A stretch of DNA of 64,000 bases, taken from contig CAXXSM010000132.1 in NCBI GenBank assembly GCA_963663405.2, forward strand, positions 64,001-128,000, read 5' to 3'. Source of the stretch: a bacterium. Its GTDB lineage: Bacteria; Hinthialibacterota; Hinthialibacteria; Hinthialibacterales; Hinthialibacteraceae. Below the pieces are notes generated by a model, which was given only the letters and a program-made list of their open reading frames with translations, was not told the origin of the DNA and did no database searches. Positions within the stretch are counted from its first letter, which is position 1. Each line of letters starts with the position of its first letter. This document shows, piece by piece, positions 19,254 to 28,781 of the stretch. A program made the position numbers and the translations under genes.

Positions 19254-19890
19254 TTCGCGCCTCCTTTGTCATGGATTTGGGCAGCGCAATGCTGTCGATA
19301 ACAGCGCGGAAACCCACGTCGACGCACTCGATCAGATTCGTTTCCGCAAAGCCACTGAGATGATGTTCGACAAGTCCCTTATACATACCAATCAAGATTT
19401 CCGAAATGTTTTCCACATCTACATCATTTCTTAACTTCCCTTCTTTTTGTACTTTTGACAGGAGGCGCCGGATGTCTTTAAAGGGACCGTGTTTAAACTG
19501 TTTGATTTTATCCCGTATGAATGCGAGTGTTTCAACGGTCCATTCCATTTGAAGAGTCAAAAAGAACATGAACTTATTGCATTCTTCGTCTTCGAGAACG
19601 AGTTCAGCTCGTCTCACAAAGTAGTTACGTAAATCATCCAAAGTCTCGAGTTGTGGAACCTTTTTTTTAGTTAACTTGTCTTCTTTCACAAGCATGATGT
19701 TAATCAATTCGGTCAGCAAATCCGGTTTGGTTTTGAAATGCCAATACACGGCGCCTTTGGTCAAATCGATCCGCTCTGCAATATCAACAAAGGTTGTATT
19801 GAAATATCCCTTTTCACTGAATAGATCCAACGCGGCTTTCAAAATCTTCTCTCGCGTTTCTTTCGCCTCTTCTTTGGTTCTTCTCGCCAT
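19246..19890 (-). CDS. TetR/AcrR-family regulator
   Basis: MARRTKEEAKETREKIL.AA...TKGAVYWHFKTK. Confidence 0.92.
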   Translation of the reverse strand: MARRTKEEAKETREKILKAALDLFSEKGYFNTTFVDIAERIDLTKGAVYWHFKTKPDLLTELINIMLVKEDKLTKKKVPQLETLDDLRNYFVRRAELVLEDEECNKFMFFLTLQMEWTVETLAFIRDKIKQFKHGPFKDIRRLLSKVQKEGKLRNDVDVENISEILIGMYKGLVEHHLSGFAETNLIECVDVGFRAVIDSIALPKSMTKEARNE

Positions 19891-19935
19891 CGTTCTTCGT
19901 CCTTGTTTTATTCTCTAACGAAGTCCTCATACTAT

Positions 19936-19965
19936 ATTATACATACCTGCGGGAAGGTATGTCAA
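19936..19965 (-). promoter_or_regulatory. TetR promoter with AcrR-type operator
   Basis: TTGACA-18-TATAAT on minus strand enclosing palindrome ACATACCT-N6-AGGTATGT (19941-19962). Confidence 0.75.
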
Positions 19966-20154
19966 GTAAAAATACTATTCCTCGAAAAAATTTACTTTTG
20001 GATGAACTTTATTGCTGGTGATTTGAAGTGATTCAGGATAGTCGTTGTGTAACGGCGCGCCACTATAAGACCGCCGATACGGCAAGCGGAAAAGGCAGGA
20101 TCATTATTCGGTTAAGCGGATGATATACGGAAGCGATTCTCAAAAAAAATACAA

Positions 20155-23100
20155 CTATTCAGTGATCTCCTTGCCCTCTAAATATTCAAACGCTTTTCTT
20201 AATGGAGGAAAAATATCAAGAAGACGTTCTCTTCGAGATAAACCGGAATAGTTTTTGTTTTGGATTTTTTTCAATTCTTCTGAGGTAAATATGCCCGCTT
20301 CAATATCCGGTGAAATACCGTTTTCATTGATGTCATGCCCCGCTGGAGTGAAAAGGCGGGTATCGGGATCGTTCTGACATAGACTCTTCGTCCCGATCAG
20401 AAGCGCGTTTCGATGTTCCTTTAACGCGTTGGCCAACATGCCCACGGCGTTTCCTGATAAATTATTGATTAAAACCACAATCGGCGTTTTAAACAGCCAA
20501 CGTTCTCCGTCCGTCTTCGATACAAAATCCTTCCGGGGGGAATCGATATAGGCGATCGCTTTCCCTTTGGGTAAAAATAGATCGGCGGTCTTAATCGCTT
20601 CTTCCAATAAACCACCCATATTGCACTGGAAATCTAAAATCAACTTCTTCATTCCATCCGCTCTCAGTTTCAATAGAGCCTTCCGAATATTCTCCGCGCT
20701 TTTCTCATCAAACGATCGAATCTTAAGATATCCAATCTCATCGTTCAACATCTCAGATCTTATCTGTTGGATGATGGGTTGTGGCGCTCGTTTCAATGTG
20801 ATATCGATTAGTTCTGAGTCGCTTTTTCGTAAGATTGTGAGAGTGACGGAGGTATCCTTCTCGCCTCTGATTTTATTCACTGCTTTGGCTAATTTATCTT
20901 GATATTCACCTTCCCAATCCTCCAAACTCTCACCATTTACAGCTATAATAATATCCCCGCTCTGAATGCCTTCTTTTTCAGCGGGAGTACCGGGTATGGG
21001 AGAAACAACGAGAATTCCTAGATCTCTCTCTGTATCCCAATCTGCAATAATTCCAACGCCATAGACAGAATTTTTGAGAACACGCATAGACCATTCCTGG
21101 CCAATAGTCTCCGTGATCACAATATCTTCAGACTTGGGTGTATACGCTGCATCTATTGCATCTTTAAAATGCTTAATATAGTCCGTAGTGGATTGTACTC
21201 CGCTCGCAGGATGGATCGTTCCTTTCGACTCGAAGAAAAAATTTCCCGGCGTTGTTAAATAAGGAAAGACTTTAGTTTTGGATACATTCCCCTTTCCATC
21301 GAGGATGTAATTCTCAGGTGTTTTTTCTTCAACTGATGAAGAAAGATCTGTGGTATTGGATACCTCACTCATACCGATTGTTTTGGGCTGTTTTACTTCA
21401 CGTATCCGAACGACACCCGGTTTGATTTCCTCATACGAAAGTCCATACGAGGGCAATACCATATCCAACACATCCCGCGCGGTTGGATTGTCTAGGCTGA
21501 ACGTCACTTTTTTCGAAACGCCTTCATCGAGAACGTACTGCAATCCACATTGATCCTTGAGTAGATTCAACATGAGTGACAACTCAATGTCCTGCGCTTC
21601 AACCGGCCCATCGATCTTCTTATCAAGAGTTGTATTCTTTTTCGGAGTTTTTATCACTTGAACACGGCTGGGTTGTTGTTTTTTCGGTTGCTCGAAAAGA
21701 ACGCATTGCAGGACAAATTGATGTGGATCGCCCTGTGTTTCCTTTGCTGGAAGACCGATTGTAACCCGGAGCATGGATTTTAATATGTTTAATTCATCTG
21801 CGCTGAAAGGAATTCTTTCCCCCTCTTCGCTTTCCTTGTAATTTAAAAGAACCGCGATTGCGATCTCTTTGATTTTTGCTCCGCTATCTTCTGCGATTGT
21901 TTCAAACCAAGGATGAACGTAATTCGTTACTTCTTCTGTGATTTCAGTGTTGTTGACATTCGATTCCGATCCGATTCCCTCATCTTGGACGGTACTGGAT
22001 ACTCCAGGAGCCCCCGTAACGCCTTTCTGTGCGCTTGTCTCAGAATATTCTTTCGTGGAGATAGGCGCCTTATTCACTTTATCAATAGTAATATTCTTTA
22101 TCGGTGATTTTTTCCAATCCAACTTTGCGTTGACAGTGACATTATAATTATCAGGGCCAATGAGCCGCCCCAGCGCTTTCTCCAATTTCTGCTGTAATGC
22201 GTTCTCAATACTGCGCTGTACTTCCAATTGTTTAATTGATCCTGCTGCTGTGGATGCCACGGTTTTCGCATAGCCTAGAGCATTCAAGTTCTGTTGTGTC
22301 TTCCCGCTGTCTGTTGTGACTTGATAAGGCGTTGCGTCCTCTTGGACTGCCGCATACGTTTCCTCCGCGTTTGTTTGCGAGATCACACTCCAAACCGGCA
22401 GCATCAGCGATACAATCAAACCCAATGCGATGTAGGCGCGGGCGCTTAATGGCGAAATCAGACCTGATTTGGAGAGTATCCGTTTTAATCGGCGGCCCAG
22501 GCCGTTTTTTGACTCGGTAAACGCCACCGCCGCGTAGGAATATTGCTGATTCACGGTCATTTCCGCTACATCCAACAGCAGGCGGCTGTATTCCCGTTTG
22601 TCTCCTGGATAGCGCTGCAGGACGAGATCGTCACAGCTGCGTTCACTCTCTTCATTTACTCGCGTATGGAGGTACCAGACAATCGGATTCCACCACGCCA
22701 GGATCGTAATTACTACCCACAACCAATTCAATTGATGATCCCGGCGGCGGATATGCGCCAGTTCATGACAGAGCAGCATTCGTAAGCGGGGCAAATCCAA
22801 CGCGGCGGTCTCGTGGGAAAGCAATATAACCGGACGGAAAAAGCCTACTACCATTGGGCTGTGTGATTCTTCTGTCACTAAAACTGGAATGGAGCGGGAA
22901 AGTCCTAATTCCTTACTAATTTCTTGCGTGGCGTGGATCAGTTTATCGTCTTGTGTGGGAGCGCGTTTTATCGAATACACATTCCGAACCTGCCACGCGG
23001 TCCGCGCGCCAAACGCGATCAATCCCATCCCCCAGAGGAGAAACAACGCTTCAAACCAGCCGAACGTAAAACCTGACGAATCCTCTCCCTTTTCAAAAGC

Positions 23101-23481
23101 GGTAACCGTAGCCGTTTCCCCTAAAGAAATGGGGGTATTCTCTTCAAATCCAACAACCGGTTCCATTAAATCCGCATCGGTTATTATTGGAGCGTACGCG
23201 CCCTTCATTTCCGTGATTGCGCTGGTGTTTGAAGGCAGCAATGGAAGTTCTATCCCCAACGGCCAGGGAATCACGAATTTCACCAACACAATCGCCCAGC
23301 ACAAATACCGCCACCGCGCCGGCCATGTCCGCATCCACCGGATCGCCAAAAGCAGGATCGCCAGGGTGGCCAAGCCTTGTAGAAAAACCGTTTGATTCCA
23401 TTGAAACCAAATTCCGGATATGTTTGTTAACCATTCGAAACTATTCGCCATCGGATTTCTCCCATCCTTTTTAGGATTCAA
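20155..23481 (-). CDS. BlaR1-type M56 peptidase fused to FliF C-terminal-like, STN-like, PDZ and degenerate S41 domains
   Basis: SPMVVGFFRPVILL, HELAHIRRRD, WWNP, ERSCDD; PDZ PGTPAEKEGIQSGDII.VNG; S41 IGYLKI.SF; start 23481 or 23451. Confidence 0.85.
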   Translation of the reverse strand: MNPKKDGRNPMANSFEWLTNISGIWFQWNQTVFLQGLATLAILLLAIRWMRTWPARWRYLCWAIVLVKFVIPWPLGIELPLLPSNTSAITEMKGAYAPIITDADLMEPVVGFEENTPISLGETATVTAFEKGEDSSGFTFGWFEALFLLWGMGLIAFGARTAWQVRNVYSIKRAPTQDDKLIHATQEISKELGLSRSIPVLVTEESHSPMVVGFFRPVILLSHETAALDLPRLRMLLCHELAHIRRRDHQLNWLWVVITILAWWNPIVWYLHTRVNEESERSCDDLVLQRYPGDKREYSRLLLDVAEMTVNQQYSYAAVAFTESKNGLGRRLKRILSKSGLISPLSARAYIALGLIVSLMLPVWSVISQTNAEETYAAVQEDATPYQVTTDSGKTQQNLNALGYAKTVASTAAGSIKQLEVQRSIENALQQKLEKALGRLIGPDNYNVTVNAKLDWKKSPIKNITIDKVNKAPISTKEYSETSAQKGVTGAPGVSSTVQDEGIGSESNVNNTEITEEVTNYVHPWFETIAEDSGAKIKEIAIAVLLNYKESEEGERIPFSADELNILKSMLRVTIGLPAKETQGDPHQFVLQCVLFEQPKKQQPSRVQVIKTPKKNTTLDKKIDGPVEAQDIELSLMLNLLKDQCGLQYVLDEGVSKKVTFSLDNPTARDVLDMVLPSYGLSYEEIKPGVVRIREVKQPKTIGMSEVSNTTDLSSSVEEKTPENYILDGKGNVSKTKVFPYLTTPGNFFFESKGTIHPASGVQSTTDYIKHFKDAIDAAYTPKSEDIVITETIGQEWSMRVLKNSVYGVGIIADWDTERDLGILVVSPIPGTPAEKEGIQSGDIIIAVNGESLEDWEGEYQDKLAKAVNKIRGEKDTSVTLTILRKSDSELIDITLKRAPQPIIQQIRSEMLNDEIGYLKIRSFDEKSAENIRKALLKLRADGMKKLILDFQCNMGGLLEEAIKTADLFLPKGKAIAYIDSPRKDFVSKTDGERWLFKTPIVVLINNLSGNAVGMLANALKEHRNALLIGTKSLCQNDPDTRLFTPAGHDINENGISPDIEAGIFTSEELKKIQNKNYSGLSRRERLLDIFPPLRKAFEYLEGKEITE

Positions 23482-23854
23482 GTTCGTCCAACATCGCCCG
23501 CAGTTTTTGAATCTCTTCCGCGTTCAATTTTTGCGTTCGCACAAGGGTGGAAAATACGGTAAGAGGATCATCCTGAAAGTATCGCTTCAGCAGCGACCGC
23601 ACCGCGTTCTTGCGCACTTGCTCCGGTTTGATCTCCGCATGAAACACAAAGGCTTTTCCCTTATCACTTCGGGTGTGCCGGACCACGCCCTTCGCCTCCA
23701 TCCGTTGGAGCAGTGTAATAATTGTTGAATACGCCGGATTCCGGCCCTTCGGTGTCTTCTCCAACACCTGCCGCGCAGTAATGGGACCATGCTCCCATAA
23801 CACCTGCAGAATCTCCATCTCCGCTTCGGATATATTCACCTGTTCTTTAGCCAT
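23471..23854 (-). CDS. BlaI/MecI/CopY-family repressor
   Basis: ISEAEMEILQVLW, AYSTIITLLQRMEAKG. Confidence 0.92.
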   Translation of the reverse strand: MAKEQVNISEAEMEILQVLWEHGPITARQVLEKTPKGRNPAYSTIITLLQRMEAKGVVRHTRSDKGKAFVFHAEIKPEQVRKNAVRSLLKRYFQDDPLTVFSTLVRTQKLNAEEIQKLRAMLDELES

Positions 23855-23879
23855 AATGTTTCTTTCCTCAATAACGATT

Positions 23880-23928
23880 CTCCAACACTGTTGGAGGCAA
23901 GAATATCGCGTTCTGTAAATATTGTCAA
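23880..23928 (-). promoter_or_regulatory. Promoter and probable BlaI operator
   Basis: TTGACA-17-TATTCT followed by palindrome CTCCAACA-G-TGTTGGAG (23880-23896). Confidence 0.7.
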
Positions 23929-24032
23929 GAGTAAATATTTACTTATGTAAATTTTTTGTAGAAAAAGTTTTGCCGATTACCTGAGAAGAGCAGAGTAATT
24001 TCTTTTTGTTGTGAATGAATAATGATTCGTGT

Positions 24033-25634
24033 TTATGGATTCAAACAAAGCCCCCGCCCCCGAAGTCGTTCATTGACCACAGGATTGAGATAGTACTTCG
24101 CGATCCATTCAATCACAGGAACGCAGACGGCGTCACCAAGGCCGAACAACGCCTGGTTTACTGGCGCGCCGATTTTATATTTATCCGCTCCCATCAGCCG
24201 GGCGCATTCACGTGGTGTCAGCAATCGGGCGTAATAATTTCCTTTTCCCGCTTTGAAGAGGATCTGTCTTCCGCTGCCCCCGCGTGGTGTCCGCAGACAA
24301 CCCGCGATACCGTCCGTCCGTAATTCGGCCATCGATTGTTGATTGCGGATTCGGCGGAAGATGGTCCCATAGGTCCAGTCTTTTCCACGAATCATACGCT
24401 CTGCGGTTTCCCTGTGGTGTGGGCTCATCTGATTTAAAAGATATTCCGCGCGTTCCGGACCCCACCAAGCCTCCGCGTCATCAGACAAATCTTCAAGAAT
24501 ATCCTGCAGTACGAGTGTGCGCTGTGGCGGGGAAGGGAGATTGCGGATATTCCAATCAATCTCTGGATGATGATAGATAAAATGAATCAGGGCTTTGGGC
24601 CGAAGCGCGCTTTCCTCCGCTTCTTTGGAAACTGTTTTGGATGGTGTCCCGTCTGTTTGTGTTCCAATTACGAAAAGGCGTTTCCGGCTTTGAGGGACGA
24701 AGTGAACGGCGTCGAGAATAAATACATCTATTTTATAATTGAGCCGATTCAAAGAGAGCAACGCGTCCGTCAAATCTTTTCCTTCATGAGATGTAAGAAA
24801 TCCGGCCACATTTTCCAACAAAACCAGTGGAGGGCGCCGTGTCTCCATCGCTTCAAGTATACGGACAAAACCCCAAAACGCGGACGATTGCTTTCCTCTC
24901 AATCCCTTTCGTGAACCCGCCAGCGAGAGATCGTTGCACGGAAACGACGCCGTCGCGAGACTCACGGATGGGACTTTATCGGGAGAAAGATTATGTACGT
25001 CCTCAAGTACATAATTCCCGTACGAGGCGCCGAAATGATGGGTATGCATCGCATATTTCTTCTCATCGATATCGCTTTCAAAGGGAACCGTCCATCCCTC
25101 TTTTTCCAATCCCATCCGCATCAAACCGATCCCTGCGAAAAAGTCCGCCGAACTCTTTGCCGCTGCAAGAGACCAGGGATTGAAATCCGCTCCCCGCTGA
25201 ATCGTATCCAACGTCAATTTGACGCATCCCTGCAGATCTGTTTTGATCTGGCTTTCCCAGAATCGCAGAACAGTCCAGCCATCTGACAAAAGCGCGGCGG
25301 TCACTGAACAATCCCTCGCCATGTTGCGGCGGATCTTCCGCAGCCAATACGCTTTGGATTTTGTCTCCCGGAACTGTACTTCCAGCGCTGGCAACCGCCT
25401 CAACCGCCATTGGTTACCATGCCAGTAATCTCCATCCACGAAGATCGCGAGCCGCTTGGAAGGCAGCGCAAGATCGGGTTTTCCTGGCAGATCCACAGGA
25501 CAGATTTTATAACGAAGTCCTTCCCTCCAAAGCGCCTTACGGAATAGGAGTTCCGGTGTAGTGTCACTCGAATGGACCTTCCGCATAATCGCGGATATAT
25601 CTCTTGCTGGGGGGATTGTGTCCGGAGTGGCCAC
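24033..25634 (-). CDS. Vsr endonuclease fused to C5 DNA cytosine methyltransferase
   Basis: N-terminal DTTPE, LPGKPD, FVDGDYWHG, GWTVLRFWE; C-terminal FFAGIG, SFPCND, LENV, QSRKR, RECARLMG, GDAV. Confidence 0.9.
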   Translation of the reverse strand: MATPDTIPPARDISAIMRKVHSSDTTPELLFRKALWREGLRYKICPVDLPGKPDLALPSKRLAIFVDGDYWHGNQWRLRRLPALEVQFRETKSKAYWLRKIRRNMARDCSVTAALLSDGWTVLRFWESQIKTDLQGCVKLTLDTIQRGADFNPWSLAAAKSSADFFAGIGLMRMGLEKEGWTVPFESDIDEKKYAMHTHHFGASYGNYVLEDVHNLSPDKVPSVSLATASFPCNDLSLAGSRKGLRGKQSSAFWGFVRILEAMETRRPPLVLLENVAGFLTSHEGKDLTDALLSLNRLNYKIDVFILDAVHFVPQSRKRLFVIGTQTDGTPSKTVSKEAEESALRPKALIHFIYHHPEIDWNIRNLPSPPQRTLVLQDILEDLSDDAEAWWGPERAEYLLNQMSPHHRETAERMIRGKDWTYGTIFRRIRNQQSMAELRTDGIAGCLRTPRGGSGRQILFKAGKGNYYARLLTPRECARLMGADKYKIGAPVNQALFGLGDAVCVPVIEWIAKYYLNPVVNERLRGRGLCLNP

Positions 25635-25646
25635 TATTTTGTACCG

Positions 25647-26756
25647 TTAGGCGTTCACACTTGTGCGGTGTGCGGTTTCTTTTAGGCAGGCGATTAAACG
25701 CTGGTTCTCCTCCGGCGTTCCTACAGCGATGCGAATCGCCGGTCGTTCAATTCCTGGCGCGGATGATTGGTCGGAAACGAGAATCCCCTGTTCCGCGAGT
25801 GTTTGAGAAAGATTGATCTTTTGCATTGAAACCGGTGGAAAGGCGAGGATGAAATTGGTGTGAGATTCTGGAATTTCAAATCCAAGTTGGATTAATTCTC
25901 CACGCATCGCGTCCCGTGAGCGTTTCAATTCATCAATCCGTTCTTGATACGCGGGAAGATCGCCGATCGCCGCGATACCCGCCGCCTGCGCGATCACGTT
26001 TACGGGAAACGTCAACGCATAGCGGGCCATTGTATCAATCAACTGTTCATTCGCGACTGCGTATCCCAACCGCAAACCGGATAAACCGAAACTTTTTGAT
26101 AAGCTGCGGAACACGATCAAATTGTCATACTCGAAGATACTATCGACTAGAGTAGCGCCGGAATATTCAAAATAACACTCATCGATGACCACGATCCCAG
26201 GCGCTTTCCCGATCCATTCCAACAACCGCTCCCTTGCTGTAAGCGTCCCGGTTGGATTATTTGGATTGGCGATGAACATGAGGGCGGTATTTTGCCATTC
26301 GTCTTCGTGGATTGTAGAAATATCGGGGATTTCAAAATCCTTCGTTTGGGAAAGGGAGAGCGTTGGGCGCCCATGCCGTTTCGCGGCGAAAGAATAAACA
26401 AAAAAAGTGGGATTGAATACAGCCGCGCATTGCCCCTGCCGGATGAACGAAACCACGGCGAGATCGATCAATTCATCGGATCCGTTGCCAACAATCACGT
26501 TCTCAGGCTTGACGCTGTAACCTACATATTCCGCAATCACCTCGCGCAACATGCCGCAATTTGTGTCGGGATAGCGGTTGGCGTGTCGCGCAGCGTCTTC
26601 GATCGCCTTCCGCACGGCGTTCGTTGGAGCGTAGGGATTTTCTCCCAAATGCAAAAACACGTTGTTGTCCTCCATCCGGTTCCAAAAGGAGGGAATGGCT
26701 TTCCGTGGAGGCAGACCAGTACCAACCGCCTTGTTGGATGATTGTTTTTGATCCAT
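25647..26756 (-). CDS. Histidinol-phosphate aminotransferase family (class I/II PLP)
   Basis: GENPY, RYPD, GNGSDELI, NPNNPTG, DECY, RSLSKSFGLSGLRLGY. Confidence 0.88.
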   Translation of the reverse strand: MDQKQSSNKAVGTGLPPRKAIPSFWNRMEDNNVFLHLGENPYAPTNAVRKAIEDAARHANRYPDTNCGMLREVIAEYVGYSVKPENVIVGNGSDELIDLAVVSFIRQGQCAAVFNPTFFVYSFAAKRHGRPTLSLSQTKDFEIPDISTIHEDEWQNTALMFIANPNNPTGTLTARERLLEWIGKAPGIVVIDECYFEYSGATLVDSIFEYDNLIVFRSLSKSFGLSGLRLGYAVANEQLIDTMARYALTFPVNVIAQAAGIAAIGDLPAYQERIDELKRSRDAMRGELIQLGFEIPESHTNFILAFPPVSMQKINLSQTLAEQGILVSDQSSAPGIERPAIRIAVGTPEENQRLIACLKETAHRTSVNA

Positions 26757-26853
26757 TCTGTTTTCCCATAATTGCAATGATAAAAGGGGGCACGCTCACG
26801 TGCCCCCATCGCTGATCCAATTCATGTTTTAATCGAAAGTCGGATTCGGTAAT

Positions 26854-27876
26854 TTAATCCGCTCCCATACCATCTTCGAAGGAGCCTTCCGCAATATTGA
26901 AGCAAAGTACGTCGCGGACATATTTGATTCCATCCGAACTGGCGGCGTCTAAGTGCCAATGCGCGCTTTCCGCTTCGACAACGAGTGGGGCTGTATCGCT
27001 ACCCATTTTGGAAAGGTATTTTTCTGGATACCCGACAAAGCACATCAATTCAGCGAACCGGACCAGATTGATATCACCGCTGGGCAGGTCGGTAAATTGC
27101 ATTGCGCGTTTTTGCCAATCGCCTTCGATGGCGCGCAGGGGGAAACGGGGCCGGATGACGTGGTTTTTTACGTGACAGCCATAGCACCGGTCTCCGACTT
27201 TGAGGAAACGGGTTTCCCAATCTTCACCTTCCCAGCAATGGGATGGGTCTACATTCACGCCGAGGCAGGGATCGTTATCACAAATATCCACCAGCATGTT
27301 GAAATCGTCGGCGCACATAGCGCCGGTGCCGGGATGAATCTCATGCGCGAATATCAGACCGAGCTGGTTCGCTTTCTCCCGCAGTTTCGCGGTTCTCGTA
27401 ACGAAGCGTTCTTTGCCTTCAGCGATGAGATCGTAATCACCTCCTGCGAAGAATCCCCAGGGATAACCGGTCGCCACTTCCCAGCCGAACGCCGTGCCCC
27501 AGAACATCGGTATGATCTTCACACCCAATTCGACCGCGAGATCGAATTTGCTCATTAGGTAATCTTCCGCCCACTGTTCGATTTCATTGGGGGATTTCTT
27601 CGCGACATCGCCGGGGATGAAGGGACGAATGGTTGGACTCTGTGTCCACGCTGTGGTGTGAACCCAGAATGGACAGTGCATGGAAATCCCATCCAATTTT
27701 AATCCACGGGAATCGAAAGCGGCCTTGATTTCAGAAGCGCTTTTTCCATCCAACATAAAATTCGACGGTTGAGCGCCAGCTGCCCCTGACTGTTTCGCAA
27801 AATCCAGAAACCCTTCAAGACCCTTATCGCCGTGCTGAGCTCCCTCTACGCTAGGATGAAAACAAGGTTTCGCCAT
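26854..27876 (-). CDS. Sugar phosphate isomerase/epimerase (xylose-isomerase-like TIM barrel)
   Basis: HEIHPG, NVDPSH, CHVK, VEAE metal ligands; AGGAG RBS. Confidence 0.85.
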   Translation of the reverse strand: MAKPCFHPSVEGAQHGDKGLEGFLDFAKQSGAAGAQPSNFMLDGKSASEIKAAFDSRGLKLDGISMHCPFWVHTTAWTQSPTIRPFIPGDVAKKSPNEIEQWAEDYLMSKFDLAVELGVKIIPMFWGTAFGWEVATGYPWGFFAGGDYDLIAEGKERFVTRTAKLREKANQLGLIFAHEIHPGTGAMCADDFNMLVDICDNDPCLGVNVDPSHCWEGEDWETRFLKVGDRCYGCHVKNHVIRPRFPLRAIEGDWQKRAMQFTDLPSGDINLVRFAELMCFVGYPEKYLSKMGSDTAPLVVEAESAHWHLDAASSDGIKYVRDVLCFNIAEGSFEDGMGAD

Positions 27877-28037
27877 GATAATTTCTCTCCTTAAATATAA
27901 ATCCTAATAAAATTAGTATTTGATGAATATAAAATGTAATTGATTTCGCAATTGACTTCAAGCCTTTGGGAAATGGGGAATGGGTAAAATGCGGAAAAGA
28001 ACAAAGTAAGTGTTTGAGTAGATACTCAGAATATTGC

Positions 28038-28469
28038 TTATACAGTTTCTTTTGGTGGATCTTCGATCCAACATATCTGGTTTGAGTAAGAACTGCTTTT
28101 TACTTTATTGTAGAACTGCTTGTCCGCCGTTACCATGACGCCACCATATTTCTCAGTAATCGCTAGATAAACGCAGTCATAGGCGGGATGGTCAAGTTCG
28201 CAGGAAATCCGGTAAGCGTTTTCCATTAAATCGAGGGTTGGAATGTAATGGATCGTCAATTCGTGAAAACGTTTTAACGATTCGCAGCCGTACGAGTGTG
28301 TGATTTTCTTAATCCTGGTATTTTTGTGGACGATATTAATAAACTCAGATACAAGGAGATCCGGCGCAACGAATCGATAATAGGGTTGTAAAAGATAGTC
28401 CGCCGCTTCTTTTAGTGGTTCATCAAAAAACCATTTTCCTGCTACACTGGCGTCGATTATAATATCCAC
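28038..28469 (-). CDS. VapC/PIN-domain toxin
   Basis: IIDASVAGKWF.DE, APDL..SE, YDCVYLA, VTAD. Confidence 0.88.
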   Translation of the reverse strand: MDIIIDASVAGKWFFDEPLKEAADYLLQPYYRFVAPDLLVSEFINIVHKNTRIKKITHSYGCESLKRFHELTIHYIPTLDLMENAYRISCELDHPAYDCVYLAITEKYGGVMVTADKQFYNKVKSSSYSNQICWIEDPPKETV

Positions 28470-28472
28470 AAG

Positions 28473-28715
28473 CTAACCTTTTCTCCGATCCAGATGGGTA
28501 AAATCCTGCCTTGGCCCTTTTGATAGCGCCGCGCGCTTCATATCTCTCTCATCCAACCATTCACGGCCTTCACGTACAATTTGAGCGCTATTAGTGTTGT
28601 CTGATTTTTCTTCGGCAAAGAGACCATATTCCCGAGCCATCGCATTCAGATTATCGAAGAAAGCGGGATCGATCTCCTTTTGATCAGTGTGGAAACGGAT
28701 GGTAATTTCAGTCAT
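28473..28715 (-). CDS. Putative antitoxin of the PIN toxin
   Basis: 80-aa ORF with AGGA RBS ending 3 bp before vapC. Confidence 0.6.
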   Translation of the reverse strand: MTEITIRFHTDQKEIDPAFFDNLNAMAREYGLFAEEKSDNTNSAQIVREGREWLDERDMKRAALSKGPRQDFTHLDRRKG

Positions 28716-28781
28716 GGTTTGAGTCCTTTATTCGTTTTTCTTATTCTAATTGTATCACACAGGGAATGATGAAAGAAAGGA

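Noticed and set aside
24033-28715. Defence island (MTase plus TA)
   Set aside because: The genes are interspersed with metabolic genes and there is no nuclease or integrase; no island boundaries visible.
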